A DNA stretch of 64,000 nt, taken from positions 2,012-66,011 of IMG/VR virus record IMGVR_UViG_3300025011_000040; one strand, given 5' to 3'. The notes beneath the pieces were generated by a model, which saw only the letters and a program-made list of their open reading frames with translations, did not search any database and was not told where the DNA came from. Position numbers and translations under genes: made by a program. This DNA is from a virus (lineage: Duplodnaviria; Caudoviricetes). Within the stretch, counting starts at the first letter, position 1, and each line of letters starts with the position of its first letter. Shown here piece after piece: positions 10,101-20,130 of the stretch.

Positions 10101-13100
10101 AAAATCTTGGCAAGGAATGGCATGTCCGGCTTGTCGTGGATCTTCTCATAGAATGTGCCGGCCGATTCCTGTATGTCGTTGTCATAGGCTTCGGCTGCCT
10201 CTATGGAATACATGAGCCTGTTGTCGGTGTCGGAATAGGATCCTGTGTTGCTGATTGAGGATTTTACTTGGGAAGAAGAGAAGGCTGCAAATGTTTTTAC
10301 CCCGTTTTCATTAACCTCAATCCCGTCGTATCCTTGTTTGATCAATTCTTGGACATACCGATTATAATTGACACGCTGAAACATGGGATTGCCGTTTTCG
10401 TCTGCATCGTCCATGTCGCCTTCAAGTTTCTTTGGGTTTTTTATATCCAAGTAAACGGGAATTATATTTGCGCCGGAGTCTTCGGATTCCCCAAATGCGT
10501 ATCGTTCACCTGCGAGCGATGGGTCAACGCTGAACCAGCCAGCAACTTCATATCCGTCAAACACAGAAAAGTTAAACCGCGTCCCATGATAAACCCGCAG
10601 CGGCTTACCATCAGCATCAACCACCTTCGACCCCTTGAACCAGCGCTTGAACCCAGCACTATTCACATCGACAGGGCCAAACGCAGCAACGTCGCCGCCA
10701 GGGCCAGCGTTCCCCCGTGCCTCTGCCGGAGAAAGCGCGGAGGAACTGCTTGACCCCTTTGGCGACTGACTGGATACAAGCACATCCTCAATCTTCTGCC
10801 CATCCTTCAGTAGTCCTTCTTTCTCCAACATCCGCCGCAGCGTAACCCATGGCGGAATGATCTTGCGTTTCGCCGGGGGGAGGTCGAGGCGGGCTTGGAC
10901 TAGGCGGGCTTCTGCTTCGCCGGTCTGCGTGGCATACTCTTTCATCCCCCTGCTTACTATTCCTTCATCTCCTTCTATTTTCCTGATCTCATCAACAAGA
11001 TATTCCCGCTCGTTGAGATAGAATTGATATTTCGGGGTGCCTATGGCATTTTTGAGAGAATCGTTTATGCTGGAAACTTGTTCCTCAAGGTCTTTCAGAA
11101 TACTCGCATACCCTCGGATGTTCTCCCTGGCGTTGCCCCCTTCCGAAAATCCTTCTTCGGTCTGAATAATATGCTGAACTTCATGCTGAAGCGTAGACCG
11201 TTGTTCCTTACTGGCAAAATTTGAGTTGACCTTGACAATCCTCTTATCCGGGCTGTAACTTCCCCGTTGTTTATCCCCCATATCCTCAAACCGCACCCGC
11301 ACCTTGCCGAGTTGCGGATATTCCTTGAATAGTGTCGGATGCGTCAGCACGTCCTCAAGATAGCCGTCCTTCATTTTCACGGAGGATAGGCTATCGTCTA
11401 TCTCGAACGACCATTGCCCGCTTCCCGGCACGATCTCATACCAGCCAGTCTTCTTCCAGATACCCCGCCTCGGTGCGCCATCCCTCTGCATCTGCTGCGC
11501 TATGGCTAGTTGGGATTTGTCGGCTTGCTTGGCTGTTGCGCCTGCGAAGGATGGCAAAGGATCACTTGCCAACTTCCCGGGAATAGATGATTGAGCACCC
11601 CGAGCCTCCCGCCGCAAAACCGATTCAGCCAGCGCCGACAAATCAGCCGCCGTGAATATCTTCGGGTCAATTCCCAACTTGACGAGCGCTTTCTTGATGA
11701 GGGCGATGAATCGTCGGACTATGCCGGCCTGTGGGGCCATCTCGACCGCGTAAGCCAAAACTTCATCCCAATAATGCTCAGGGTTGGTATCCTTCGGCAC
11801 ACGTTCCATGGCTGTCCGGATCGCGTCACCGGTCTTGCTCTGCTCGTTCTGACGGGCTTCGAGGGATGCGAGAAGTGCCTTGAAGTCGGCATTGCCAAGC
11901 ATGACCTGCTGGAGATGGACGCCGAGTTCGTGCTTTAAAACCCCGAACGCCTTGCCCTTGGCAATTCCGTCTTGCACCAGATACGCTTTCGTCGCAGTGG
12001 TAAATCCCTGAATCTTGCCGTTCTTCGAGTAGCGGACAGAATGCTTGACGTTGCGCTTCTTGTATCGGGCGATAATCTGCTTTGCCTGGTCCTGGGTGGT
12101 GAGTAGGCGGACGGTTCCAGCGTCGAGCAGGTTTTGCAGGCCGGCTTCTCCGAGCTGCGCGGATAGTTCGGCTTTGGTGTCGGCGGTTTCCTGTGATGGG
12201 GTGGAAGACTTGGAAAGTTTAGTTGACTCGTCACCCTCGGTAGCCGATTCTGATTTGTCTATGACAACCATCCTTGCAGCAACCCCGGTATTGACGGGCA
12301 ACGACTTGTCAAGGAATGTGCCCTCTTCCAGTTTTTCGCTGGTGCCGTTAAGCTCTTCCAGCCAGTCCCTGAACGCCGTTGCTTTCTTGTCGCTACCAAA
12401 GAACGAACCCTCTCCCATGATCGCAACAAGCCTGCCGCCAGGCTTCAGCAACTTGTAAGCATGTCTTACATGTTCGATATCTCGCCTGTCACTGAACGGA
12501 GGATTCATCACTATGCGGTCATACTCACCCTCGAAATCAAGGAAGTCATTTCCAACCACATTGAATCCCTTCAGTTCAAGCAATTCACGCCGGGAAGATG
12601 ACATCTCAATTACATCTGGGGATACTCCACTGTCGCGGATAACTTCAGCGATATGGCCCATTCCTGCCGATGGCTCAAGGACAGACAACCCCTCTCGGAT
12701 ATCTGCCGTCTCGGTCATCGTCTGTGCTACGGTCGCAGGCGTCGGGAAAAAATCAAGCCCATCTTTTGGCCTACCTACCATTGACCGCTCGAGTTCTTTT
12801 ACTTTATCCGGTTTCGCAGGTTGTGTCTGGAGAGAGATAAACTCACGGAGAGCGGCGCGAAACTCTTGAGGTGTTTCAATCCCCATGTTTTTGAGCCGTG
12901 TATGTTTCTCCCTCACGGACTCAAAGTACCACGGAATGTCTATTCCTTTGCGTTGTGTCTTGGTGACAATCTCTTCGCCAAAGTCATCACTCAGGGTGAT
13001 TTGCTTGTCGTCATCTCCCTTCCATACTCCCCGTGCTTTTGCCTCAGAAGGGGAAAGGATTATCATGTGTTCTCCTGGCTTGGCCGTCAGAACGATAGCC

Positions 13101-16100
13101 TTGCCATTATACCCTGAAGCATCAATTGATCGGAGAGCAAGCGGCTTTGACTTGAACGCTGCAAGCAATCCATCCTTGGTCCTGTACTGAGCGACATCGT
13201 TAAGATTCGCTTTCGCAAATTTGACGTATGCAGATGTCACGTCATCGGCAACCTTGAGTAAGCGAGTCCCAATTTTCTTGGTTCCGTCTTTCTCGGAAAG
13301 CTGCCTGCCAAGCCGGGCAAGATCGGACCTGAATGCCCTGTATCTTGGGTACTCTGCGAAGTCTGCTGTTTCTGCTGTCGGCGGCTCGCCCTCGTGTCTC
13401 TGCTGCTCCGAGTATGATTTATATTTCTCCCTTTGCTCAGAATAATGTGCGGTCTTGACCATCGACCTCAGCATTTCCACCTGTACTTTCTGGCGCACCC
13501 TGTCGAGGAATTTTACCGTACCATTCTCAATACCATCGGCAATTTTCGCCATTGTCTTTGAAAGAGCCTTGGCAGTCTCAGCGCCAGCCTCGGCGCTTGC
13601 CGCCATTCTTGCACGCTTGGAGGTGTTGGTCTTTCGATCTGCCGACAGAATATCTTCTGCGCGGTTCTCGATCGCCTCGGACATTTCCCGCAACCGCTCA
13701 ACCGCCGATTGCTCCCGGTCATCTGCATAAGCGTCGCGCCTTGCCTGCACTGTCTCTTTGGCCTGCTCGACATCTCCACCGATGAACTTCAGGAACGCTT
13801 CGGCATTCTCTCGGCTCTTGAACTGGAATCCCGGAACCGCACCACCACCACGATAGGAAGAATACCAGCCGCCCATCCGCTTGGCCGTCGTATTCCACAG
13901 GGTATAGATATCACGCTCAACACGCTCGGCGGCCTTGACGACAAACAAATCCTCGCCAGTCTTAGTGTGCTTCGTTTCGACAATTTGCCCCTCGGTAGTC
14001 ACTGACGCGGCACGAATGTCTGTTCGTTGTTGGTCCGCCCTTGCCTTTCTTTCTCCCCTGGACTTCTCACCAGAAAGAGCATCATATAATGCGCGCTGTT
14101 CAGGCGTGAGGGTCATTCGGGCTTCAGCGTAAGTCTTTCCGTCGGCAATACTAAGCTTGAGATAGTTTACAAAGTCATCAATGGTTTTCGGGTCTTCCAC
14201 ACCCTCTTTCATCTTGACGACCTTCGCCGCATATTCCTCACGGCTGGCCTTCAGTTCCTGCGCGTACTGCTCAAGCCCTTCCTGTGTTTGCTTGTTGACT
14301 ATGGCGCGGAGAGCATCGATAAGGCTCTTTTGATAATCCCCGGATATCGTAAATGACAAAGAATCTCCGAGGTTGAAATCATCAAGCATCTTGTGATAGA
14401 CAGACCGGACAATCCCGTCCTTCTTTTCGCTCTTGCTTCGGTACCGTATGCCGCTGCCGCCGTATATGAAAAGCTGCTCCTTGGTCATCTTAGACAGCTC
14501 GGCAATAACCTCGTCTTTACTGCTCACAACAGACTCAAACGACTTCCGGTATTCCTCAACCGTGGCCTTGCCGTCATGCAGGGTTTTTACAAACTCCTTA
14601 TGCCTCTCAATATCGCTACCGTCTCGTTCTTTACTCGCCGCGGCCCCCGTCTTTTTACCTTCAGCGCTTCCGTCGTCCTTGCCACCTGCGCCTGCTGGTG
14701 ATTGTACACCGGAGGCTCGCCGTCCACTATCAGCGGTGGCAGTGGTTCGAGGTTGTATTCCATCCGCTTCCTTCCCCCCCGACTCTTCAGGATTCTTTAA
14801 TGGTTCGCTGCCCGCGCCACTGCCCGGAGGCGTTGCCGTGTCTGCGCCTGGCAGATCGGCAGATTCAGTCACCCCCTCCCTGCCTTTCGGCACCCTCGGA
14901 GGGGGAGTCCCAACTTGGGACTTAGAAGCAGGGGGATTCGTGCTGGCATCCCCCCCACCGCCCAGTGACTCGCTTGTAGTTGCACGTAGTTTGGCGGTGC
15001 CAATAATGGACTTCACTTTTTTTGTTAGAGGGTTGTCATACTCTCTAAGTTTCTTTTCTGGAGTGTCATATCGCTCAAAATTATTGCCTGCTATGGCCTT
15101 CCCAATTGTTTCAGCGGTCTCATTCTTCGGGAGAGGGAAAATATCGTCAAGCACGTCCTGAACCGGCTCACCAGCTTCTATCCTTGCGAGTACGGTTTTC
15201 TTTTTTGCAAGATGGTCGGCCATAGCAACGGCCCGATCTTCGCTGAAATCCTGCTTAGAAGTATATTCATCGAACTTTCGCTGAAACTTTTCTACGCTTG
15301 CACGATATTCAGTAACGACAACCTCCCCATCCTGCGCGGCGGGCTCCTTTAAGCCTTTTTCTGCTACTTCTTTAATGATACCAGAGCCTTGATTCCGGGC
15401 ACCTCCCGTTGTGGTCGGCGTAGTAATCTGGTTTTCATTCTGTGTACTATCAGGGCGCGACTGATCTACGCCTCCTTTCCCGCTAAGAGAATCAGCCGCT
15501 TGCTCCGTTCCGAGTTCACCATTCGCTGCATCTGAGTCATTCGCTGCATCTCCGATAGGCTTCCCTCTTCCACTATCAAGCCGTTTCGTTTCGTTTCGTT
15601 GACCTTCTCGCCTATTATCTGATTGGGAATCAAAAGGTTCCCGCCGAACTCTTCGGTCATTTTTTGGATTTCCTCTTGTGTCCACTGCTCGTAATGGTGC
15701 GTCTCCGACAGGCTGATCCGGTGCGGCCACGGCAGGGCCAACTGCCTTGCCACCTCTTTCTCTATCAACCGTTGCAGCTTTGACTGCTTGCGCTTGGTTC
15801 GCTTGTTCATCTCCACTCTCCTGTGTATTATTTTCACCCTGTAAAGATTCAGGGCGCGACAATGCGGCCCGTCGTTCCTCGACCGCACCCTCAACCATTT
15901 CCCGATAAGGGGCAAGATGCGGGTTCTGCTCAAAGTACGGCTCAATTTCGGTGCTGATACGGTCAACGTCCTGCTGATTGCCAATTTCCCGGATATTCTG
16001 CACCATACCGACAAGAAAATCCTCTTCGGCTGGCGTTATTTGGGATTGACCTTGCTTCCGTGCGATAACCTGTATCTGCTCGAATGGGTCAACGTGCATT

Positions 16101-18160
16101 GTGACGCCGTCTTTCAGGACTGCGTTGCCCTTGGCGTCATACTTCTCGAAAACCAGCTTATCGGGCACACCATTCTTCTCAATGACGACTTCATCCCCAG
16201 GCTTGAGACTTCCTGCCGTGATCGATTCAGGCGCGTTGAACTCAAAGCCCTCGCCGTTCAGCTTGTCGAACTGATTACCCGCGGCTATCTCCGGGTCGTT
16301 TCTCTGGATATCGTCGGCAGTCTCTTTGAGGTACGCCCATACTTGAGCCTGAACAGGAGGAAGCGCTTTGCCTTTCCGCATGTTCTTGAATATCGCCTTG
16401 ACCGTCGCTGTTTTCAGACTCTCGGCAATCTTCGTGCCATACTTCTTGTCGTATGCTCTGGCCGTTTCATTCTCGAACCATTCGGGAGTTGTGGCCGGGT
16501 ATCCGCCGATAACCATTGCGCGGTTCCCTTGGCCTTCGATTATCTTACCTTCGCCCTCCGATTCGGCTAACTGCTGCTCCATTTTGCGGATTGCCGGGGC
16601 TATATCTTGCGGGAGTTTTGCGTCGGGATCTGGCGGAGGCGGCTCAATAGGCCCCTCTCCACGACCAACTCCAATTTGCAGTCCGCTATTATCCTCCCCC
16701 CCTATAGACATCCCGAAGTCTTCCGGGAAATCCCCGGTTTGTGAATCTTGGTTTGCGGTTTGTGTATCTTGCGGACGTGCAACTTCCTGCCCGCCCTGCA
16801 TCAGCAAATTAGCGGCATTCTCCAGCGTCCCGGCCATAGGGTCGGCAGTACCATAATATCGGCCCCTGGTTGCATCAACTCTCTCTTTTTCGCGTTGCTG
16901 AACAATCTTGGCCTGCTCTGCGTTGATCCCCATGGCGGCAGTGCGCGTCATCGGTCCAGATTCGCCGGACGCCAGAAGAACATCCTTGGCCCTGTTCAGA
17001 TCGGCATTGCGGTCATTGATCACCATGTCGATATCTTCCGGGGAAATGCCGGATGTCGTCAGGGCTGCCGGGTCCGATTTCATTTTGAGAAGATCGTCGG
17101 TCGGAATGTTGGCCTGCTTGATCGCCAGGACCGCCTGGTTCCTTGCCAGGGCCGCTTCATCCTTGGGTTCCTGCTTTTTCCCAACAGGCATGGCGTTCAT
17201 TCCGCCGCCCATTGCCGTGCCAAGGACCATGCCACTGGCGGCAGACTCCGGCACCCCTTCCATAAGAGGCATACCTGTGGCCGCATTTTGCCATATCTGC
17301 TCCTGGACGCTTTGCGGCAGTTCCTCAAACACACCCTCAGCGATACCGCCGCCGACAATACGTTTTGCTATCCCGGTGACGCCCTGCGCCCTGATAATAT
17401 CATCAGCAAAACCACTGGCAATGAGAGTATCGGCGTCAATCACGCCAAGTTTCTGCGCCAGCCGACCGCCCACGGCACCGAAGATGCCCGTTCCTATACC
17501 GGCAAGACCTGTAAGTAGTGCTTGCTTCCCGGTAAGCGTCCTGTCCTCGTTCTGCTCCCTGACCTGTTCTGCCATTCCACCGGCGCCGACCATGCCCTCG
17601 CCTGCGGCTCCGCCCAGCATTCCCAAGGTCTGGTCGGAAACTTTTTTTGTCAGAACCGGTGCGAGTTTCTTTGCCGCGGTACGCAGTCCAAAGCCAGCGG
17701 CCCCACCAGCCAGGACAGACGGGATTGTTTCGACTATGCCATGGGCGATTGTTGACGGTTTTTCCAGATAGGCCCCAACCTTCCCGCCAAAGCCCTCGGC
17801 CTCTTCAACATAGCGGTTCGCTTCCTGCTGCGCGGGAGAATACATATCCTTCAGCGAGTCGTCGTATCCAGAAAGGTCAGGGCCTGAAGCGTCATAAGCC
17901 CGGCCAGCGAGTCCTTTAGTTGCCAGGTTCGCAAGACCAACGCCAGCCTGTGCGGCCTGAATCACGCCACGGCCAGCGGATATGGCTGTATCTTTTACGA
18001 CATCCATGCCGGTACGGCCAGGTGTGGACATCAGGGTTGCGGCAGGGTCCGGCACGGCAGGTTGGCCTTTCCCAAATACTTCTTCATCGGAAAGGTACCC
18101 GCCCTTACTGGTAGGGGTATTGCTAAACACTTCCTCGTCGGAAAGGTATTCACTCATCAA
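7106..18160 (-). CDS. Giant polyvalent (DarB/PLxRFG-like) internal virion protein with N6-adenine MTase, two HExxH-type domains and an ART-like domain
   Basis: 3684 aa. FFPTP..VLEPSAGMG..DRIVMNPPF (MTase); KHELGVH..DEVLAY; IWKKTGW..FEIDDS..LQHEVQH..GEAEAR (LPD23-like); FKRWFKGSKVVDADGKPLRVYHGT..GYDGI (ART-PolyVal-like); helical C-terminal region with YFPRQR. Confidence 0.85.
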   Translation of the reverse strand: MMSEYLSDEEVFSNTPTSKGGYLSDEEVFGKGQPAVPDPAATLMSTPGRTGMDVVKDTAISAGRGVIQAAQAGVGLANLATKGLAGRAYDASGPDLSGYDDSLKDMYSPAQQEANRYVEEAEGFGGKVGAYLEKPSTIAHGIVETIPSVLAGGAAGFGLRTAAKKLAPVLTKKVSDQTLGMLGGAAGEGMVGAGGMAEQVREQNEDRTLTGKQALLTGLAGIGTGIFGAVGGRLAQKLGVIDADTLIASGFADDIIRAQGVTGIAKRIVGGGIAEGVFEELPQSVQEQIWQNAATGMPLMEGVPESAASGMVLGTAMGGGMNAMPVGKKQEPKDEAALARNQAVLAIKQANIPTDDLLKMKSDPAALTTSGISPEDIDMVINDRNADLNRAKDVLLASGESGPMTRTAAMGINAEQAKIVQQREKERVDATRGRYYGTADPMAGTLENAANLLMQGGQEVARPQDTQTANQDSQTGDFPEDFGMSIGGEDNSGLQIGVGRGEGPIEPPPPDPDAKLPQDIAPAIRKMEQQLAESEGEGKIIEGQGNRAMVIGGYPATTPEWFENETARAYDKKYGTKIAESLKTATVKAIFKNMRKGKALPPVQAQVWAYLKETADDIQRNDPEIAAGNQFDKLNGEGFEFNAPESITAGSLKPGDEVVIEKNGVPDKLVFEKYDAKGNAVLKDGVTMHVDPFEQIQVIARKQGQSQITPAEEDFLVGMVQNIREIGNQQDVDRISTEIEPYFEQNPHLAPYREMVEGAVEERRAALSRPESLQGENNTQESGDEQANQAQAVKAATVDRERGGKAVGPAVAAPDQPVGDAPLRAVDTRGNPKNDRRVRREPFDSQSDNRREGQRNETKRLDSGRGKPIGDAANDSDAANGELGTEQAADSLSGKGGVDQSRPDSTQNENQITTPTTTGGARNQGSGIIKEVAEKGLKEPAAQDGEVVVTEYRASVEKFQRKFDEYTSKQDFSEDRAVAMADHLAKKKTVLARIEAGEPVQDVLDDIFPLPKNETAETIGKAIAGNNFERYDTPEKKLREYDNPLTKKVKSIIGTAKLRATTSESLGGGGDASTNPPASKSQVGTPPPRVPKGREGVTESADLPGADTATPPGSGAGSEPLKNPEESGGKEADGIQPRTTATADSGRRASGVQSPAGAGGKDDGSAEGKKTGAAASKERDGSDIERHKEFVKTLHDGKATVEEYRKSFESVVSSKDEVIAELSKMTKEQLFIYGGSGIRYRSKSEKKDGIVRSVYHKMLDDFNLGDSLSFTISGDYQKSLIDALRAIVNKQTQEGLEQYAQELKASREEYAAKVVKMKEGVEDPKTIDDFVNYLKLSIADGKTYAEARMTLTPEQRALYDALSGEKSRGERKARADQQRTDIRAASVTTEGQIVETKHTKTGEDLFVVKAAERVERDIYTLWNTTAKRMGGWYSSYRGGGAVPGFQFKSRENAEAFLKFIGGDVEQAKETVQARRDAYADDREQSAVERLREMSEAIENRAEDILSADRKTNTSKRARMAASAEAGAETAKALSKTMAKIADGIENGTVKFLDRVRQKVQVEMLRSMVKTAHYSEQREKYKSYSEQQRHEGEPPTAETADFAEYPRYRAFRSDLARLGRQLSEKDGTKKIGTRLLKVADDVTSAYVKFAKANLNDVAQYRTKDGLLAAFKSKPLALRSIDASGYNGKAIVLTAKPGEHMIILSPSEAKARGVWKGDDDKQITLSDDFGEEIVTKTQRKGIDIPWYFESVREKHTRLKNMGIETPQEFRAALREFISLQTQPAKPDKVKELERSMVGRPKDGLDFFPTPATVAQTMTETADIREGLSVLEPSAGMGHIAEVIRDSGVSPDVIEMSSSRRELLELKGFNVVGNDFLDFEGEYDRIVMNPPFSDRRDIEHVRHAYKLLKPGGRLVAIMGEGSFFGSDKKATAFRDWLEELNGTSEKLEEGTFLDKSLPVNTGVAARMVVIDKSESATEGDESTKLSKSSTPSQETADTKAELSAQLGEAGLQNLLDAGTVRLLTTQDQAKQIIARYKKRNVKHSVRYSKNGKIQGFTTATKAYLVQDGIAKGKAFGVLKHELGVHLQQVMLGNADFKALLASLEARQNEQSKTGDAIRTAMERVPKDTNPEHYWDEVLAYAVEMAPQAGIVRRFIALIKKALVKLGIDPKIFTAADLSALAESVLRREARGAQSSIPGKLASDPLPSFAGATAKQADKSQLAIAQQMQRDGAPRRGIWKKTGWYEIVPGSGQWSFEIDDSLSSVKMKDGYLEDVLTHPTLFKEYPQLGKVRVRFEDMGDKQRGSYSPDKRIVKVNSNFASKEQRSTLQHEVQHIIQTEEGFSEGGNARENIRGYASILKDLEEQVSSINDSLKNAIGTPKYQFYLNEREYLVDEIRKIEGDEGIVSRGMKEYATQTGEAEARLVQARLDLPPAKRKIIPPWVTLRRMLEKEGLLKDGQKIEDVLVSSQSPKGSSSSSALSPAEARGNAGPGGDVAAFGPVDVNSAGFKRWFKGSKVVDADGKPLRVYHGTRFNFSVFDGYEVAGWFSVDPSLAGERYAFGESEDSGANIIPVYLDIKNPKKLEGDMDDADENGNPMFQRVNYNRYVQELIKQGYDGIEVNENGVKTFAAFSSSQVKSSISNTGSYSDTDNRLMYSIEAAEAYDNDIQESAGTFYEKIHDKPDMPFLAKIFSTPEYNFKNFPATWKMFNAQLDRHTEKFNLENSILGDFVSVFSKAQKESKAIYEKVKAHLLDVDASGKSYRLKHESKWEVKDDDGMIVGYTMTKREGEQVAREAAGKSGKHIKDYKPEKIDTWTVIDPKGAEGDQFLDEQEAVEAMEQAEYYDMINAGSSKEEAGLVRRFRRMTNLAFDHMIADLRKIIKETDALGLPEPTVDIPDESRRYVIVENGAEIGDFTTRADANAAIKIRRAADQLKGGRRATNLEVKKRSDGEIKKTVKLSEMIAMMSDLRGQYFPRQRQPGGVILRAVKGDDKIMEKFDLYITGRKHIDGETGVEMKRPMSEWLRKRFNEATGHIPFVGTLEKRARQLRAQGYDVTVEKDNKTPESVFDVVQLSSSIDALLREAVGNAKKDKQGMNEAAAQEINKILTANVADLFKARGYLSSRLKRTDDYWKGFEEDPLLAGTQYARGIASGIAKRNSAKNMMAAMTGRDQSWAEYKLENPEGTWEEYDAQVEAKRLDPNKQPILHKEALGFMEEVLRNEEQIDRIVGTMKGLAVIKFLGFRVSSAMVNATNMLMGVPASISSQTGGSMTGAFNSIRKAAIAYGRYRAGRELSEEDRSIFLEITNNGWDQAQFNQENAAVLMSKLGRGWNKFGEWSMAMFGAVEKANRAMSIFAAYKEVRANTALDHNAAMEKAKHISDRAHGVYGKATLPAWARGSGNPLKLTYTFQKFSHNYMLNMIEMGLKGDKKQAAYMVLSPALMGGAGATLVTPLVAAFASALGAGDDPEEEFYDWVADTFGSDSIARHGIPGALGINLKGSIEMNNPIPTTMAELFGAPQAIIKDALKAGEYAGKGELMKAGESLLPTAVGSAIKAAREGREGLTTGSYSPVFYGDEPLKATTPEQFVRALSFNPSRISGIREKQWHEKQVAAKYNERRSEIIEKFKRYYLFGKGDYQELMVEYRRYNELMKGSGRNDITLLTIQSIKRAVARAKKPNRTERLRQVQDDDE

Positions 18161-18180
18161 TGCACCATTTTCGGATTAAA

Positions 18181-19635
18181 TTAATTGACCGGCGTCCATC
18201 CCTTTCCGTCCCATATTACCTTTCTTCCGCTTGCAGTGACATATATTTTCCCAACCTTTCGCTCATTAATATCAGACGGAGCCTGGTCGTACTGGTCAGG
18301 GCTTGCCTCACCTGTCGCAGTATCATATGCCTCGGTCCCTATCTGGGTTCCCTGTGCATCAAAAATAGGCCGGTCCCGGTATCTGCCAACCTTCGGCTCG
18401 GTATTCTGCGGAACTTCGATTCCGGCCAGATCCGGGGTTTGGCCTGGCTGAGTGTTCATAAGGCGTTGGACGGTTTCGGCCGGCACGCCACCGGCAAGGA
18501 GGTCATACGCCCTTTTCTGCGTCTCGGTCTGGCTGTCCAGTTCTGCTTTTGCTTTGTCGCGCTGCAAGTCTCCCGCCGCGGCCCTGTCTACCTGTTCAAT
18601 GTTGCCGCTGTTCTGGAGGCGGGTGTTGTCCAACTGCCCGCTGTTTCGTAGACCGGTTTCGGCAAGTTGATTCTGCCCTGACAACAGGGTATTCTCGATC
18701 TGGTTCTGATTGTTCATCCTGGTGGTGCCGTAACTGGTTTCACTACCGAGCTTGGCTTGATCCATGCCGCCCTTGTTCCTCAGTGTTTGCTCGTTGAGCG
18801 CCAGCCGTTCTTTCCACCCCATCGTGGAGTTTTCCTTTGTCAGCATTTGGGGGGATGACATAAGGGCCTGCTTGGCGGTCTGGCGGTCTGCCTCGGCCAA
18901 TGCTCGATTATTGTACTGGATGATCTGGCCCTTCGGTTCCACCGGGTTCGCCATGAGCGCCTTTCGTGCCGCAAGCGGCGTGGATTCATCAAAGGTCACG
19001 TCCATGGTACCGCCGACGCCTGCCCGCATTGTGCCGTTCAAATTCGGGTTCCCGGTCGCGGCAAGGGCCTGGCGATTGTCGTTGATCTGGTCCGACATCC
19101 TAACTATCCGGTTGTTATTTCCCGGGGCCTGCTCAAACACGGAGGTGGTGTGTCGGCCAGGATCGGGAGTGGCGGACGGCGCGGACATGAGCGTCTGAGC
19201 GACTGCCCGCTGAAAAGATTTCTGCGTTGCCGGGTCGATTCGCCTACTCTGGATTCCGTCACGTTGCGGGACCGGCGGCGAGTTCGGGTTTTCCGGCAGG
19301 AGCGGACCAAAGCCGGGGATATTTCCGTCAGGCTTGAGGGCCGGCTTGTGCTCGAGTACCGTTTTCCCCTCGGGGTACAGTTTGGCTTGAGCATTCCTTG
19401 AAGAAGCATTCTGCGCGGTCGCCAGCTTTTGACCTTGGGCGGCTGAATCGTCGATCAGGCGATTTACTATCGCCCCGCCGGCGGACCTGGCCGCACCGAC
19501 AGCGCTTTTTATTGGCCCGGCCTTGACTGCGGTGGTGAGTACATTTTCCGCCGCATTTCCTATGCCGGCAAGCCTGGCGTTCTGTTTTGCGGCTATCGCT
19601 GCAGTGCTATTCTTCTTCTTGTCATATGCTGCCAT
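18181..19635 (-). CDS. Putative internal virion/ejection protein
   Basis: Ala/Gln/Asn-rich with ~11-aa periodic repeats (GQNQLAETGLRNSGQLDNTRLQNSG); lies directly upstream of the giant protein. Confidence 0.55.
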   Translation of the reverse strand: MAAYDKKKNSTAAIAAKQNARLAGIGNAAENVLTTAVKAGPIKSAVGAARSAGGAIVNRLIDDSAAQGQKLATAQNASSRNAQAKLYPEGKTVLEHKPALKPDGNIPGFGPLLPENPNSPPVPQRDGIQSRRIDPATQKSFQRAVAQTLMSAPSATPDPGRHTTSVFEQAPGNNNRIVRMSDQINDNRQALAATGNPNLNGTMRAGVGGTMDVTFDESTPLAARKALMANPVEPKGQIIQYNNRALAEADRQTAKQALMSSPQMLTKENSTMGWKERLALNEQTLRNKGGMDQAKLGSETSYGTTRMNNQNQIENTLLSGQNQLAETGLRNSGQLDNTRLQNSGNIEQVDRAAAGDLQRDKAKAELDSQTETQKRAYDLLAGGVPAETVQRLMNTQPGQTPDLAGIEVPQNTEPKVGRYRDRPIFDAQGTQIGTEAYDTATGEASPDQYDQAPSDINERKVGKIYVTASGRKVIWDGKGWTPVN

Positions 19636-19644
19636 TGTTTTCCC

Positions 19645-20130
19645 CTATAGAACTCCACCTGACTTTATGATTGGTAGCACCTGGATTGAATCGATTGAAA
19701 AGGCACTGCCAGAAACAGACGCTATCTTGACCGTGATCCATCGCCACACGAAAGGCTCCGCTGTGGTCCCCCTGCCTATCGTGATTCGCCGGCGTTGCTG
19801 CCCGGTCCTCTTCGGCACAATCCTCATTGTTTTTGAAAGGCCTGAATCCGTGGTCAAGGTCAGGTCCAGGCTGCCGGTCGTCTCGTATCCCAGGAACAGA
19901 TAACGAGCCCTCTTGTCACACTGTAGGCCGAGGTCGGTGGAGGCGAGAACAAAGTACGCGTCGATATTCACGCCAGCGTCTGTCTGCCCACATAATACCT
20001 TGCACAGCCCACCCTGGCCAGCACCAAGTATCATACCGTTAAATCTAGCCATTGAGGTACAATCGATACCTGTCTGCTGGGCCGATGCTGCGCCGGCCAG
20101 GCCCTTGAGATTTGTTATCATCGTCTGCAT
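19645..20130 (-). CDS. Tail structural protein
   Basis: Beta-sandwich pattern TDLG..KRARYLFLGY..RRITIGRG..WITVKI; late-operon position. Confidence 0.55.
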   Translation of the reverse strand: MQTMITNLKGLAGAASAQQTGIDCTSMARFNGMILGAGQGGLCKVLCGQTDAGVNIDAYFVLASTDLGLQCDKRARYLFLGYETTGSLDLTLTTDSGLSKTMRIVPKRTGQQRRRITIGRGTTAEPFVWRWITVKIASVSGSAFSIDSIQVLPIIKSGGVL

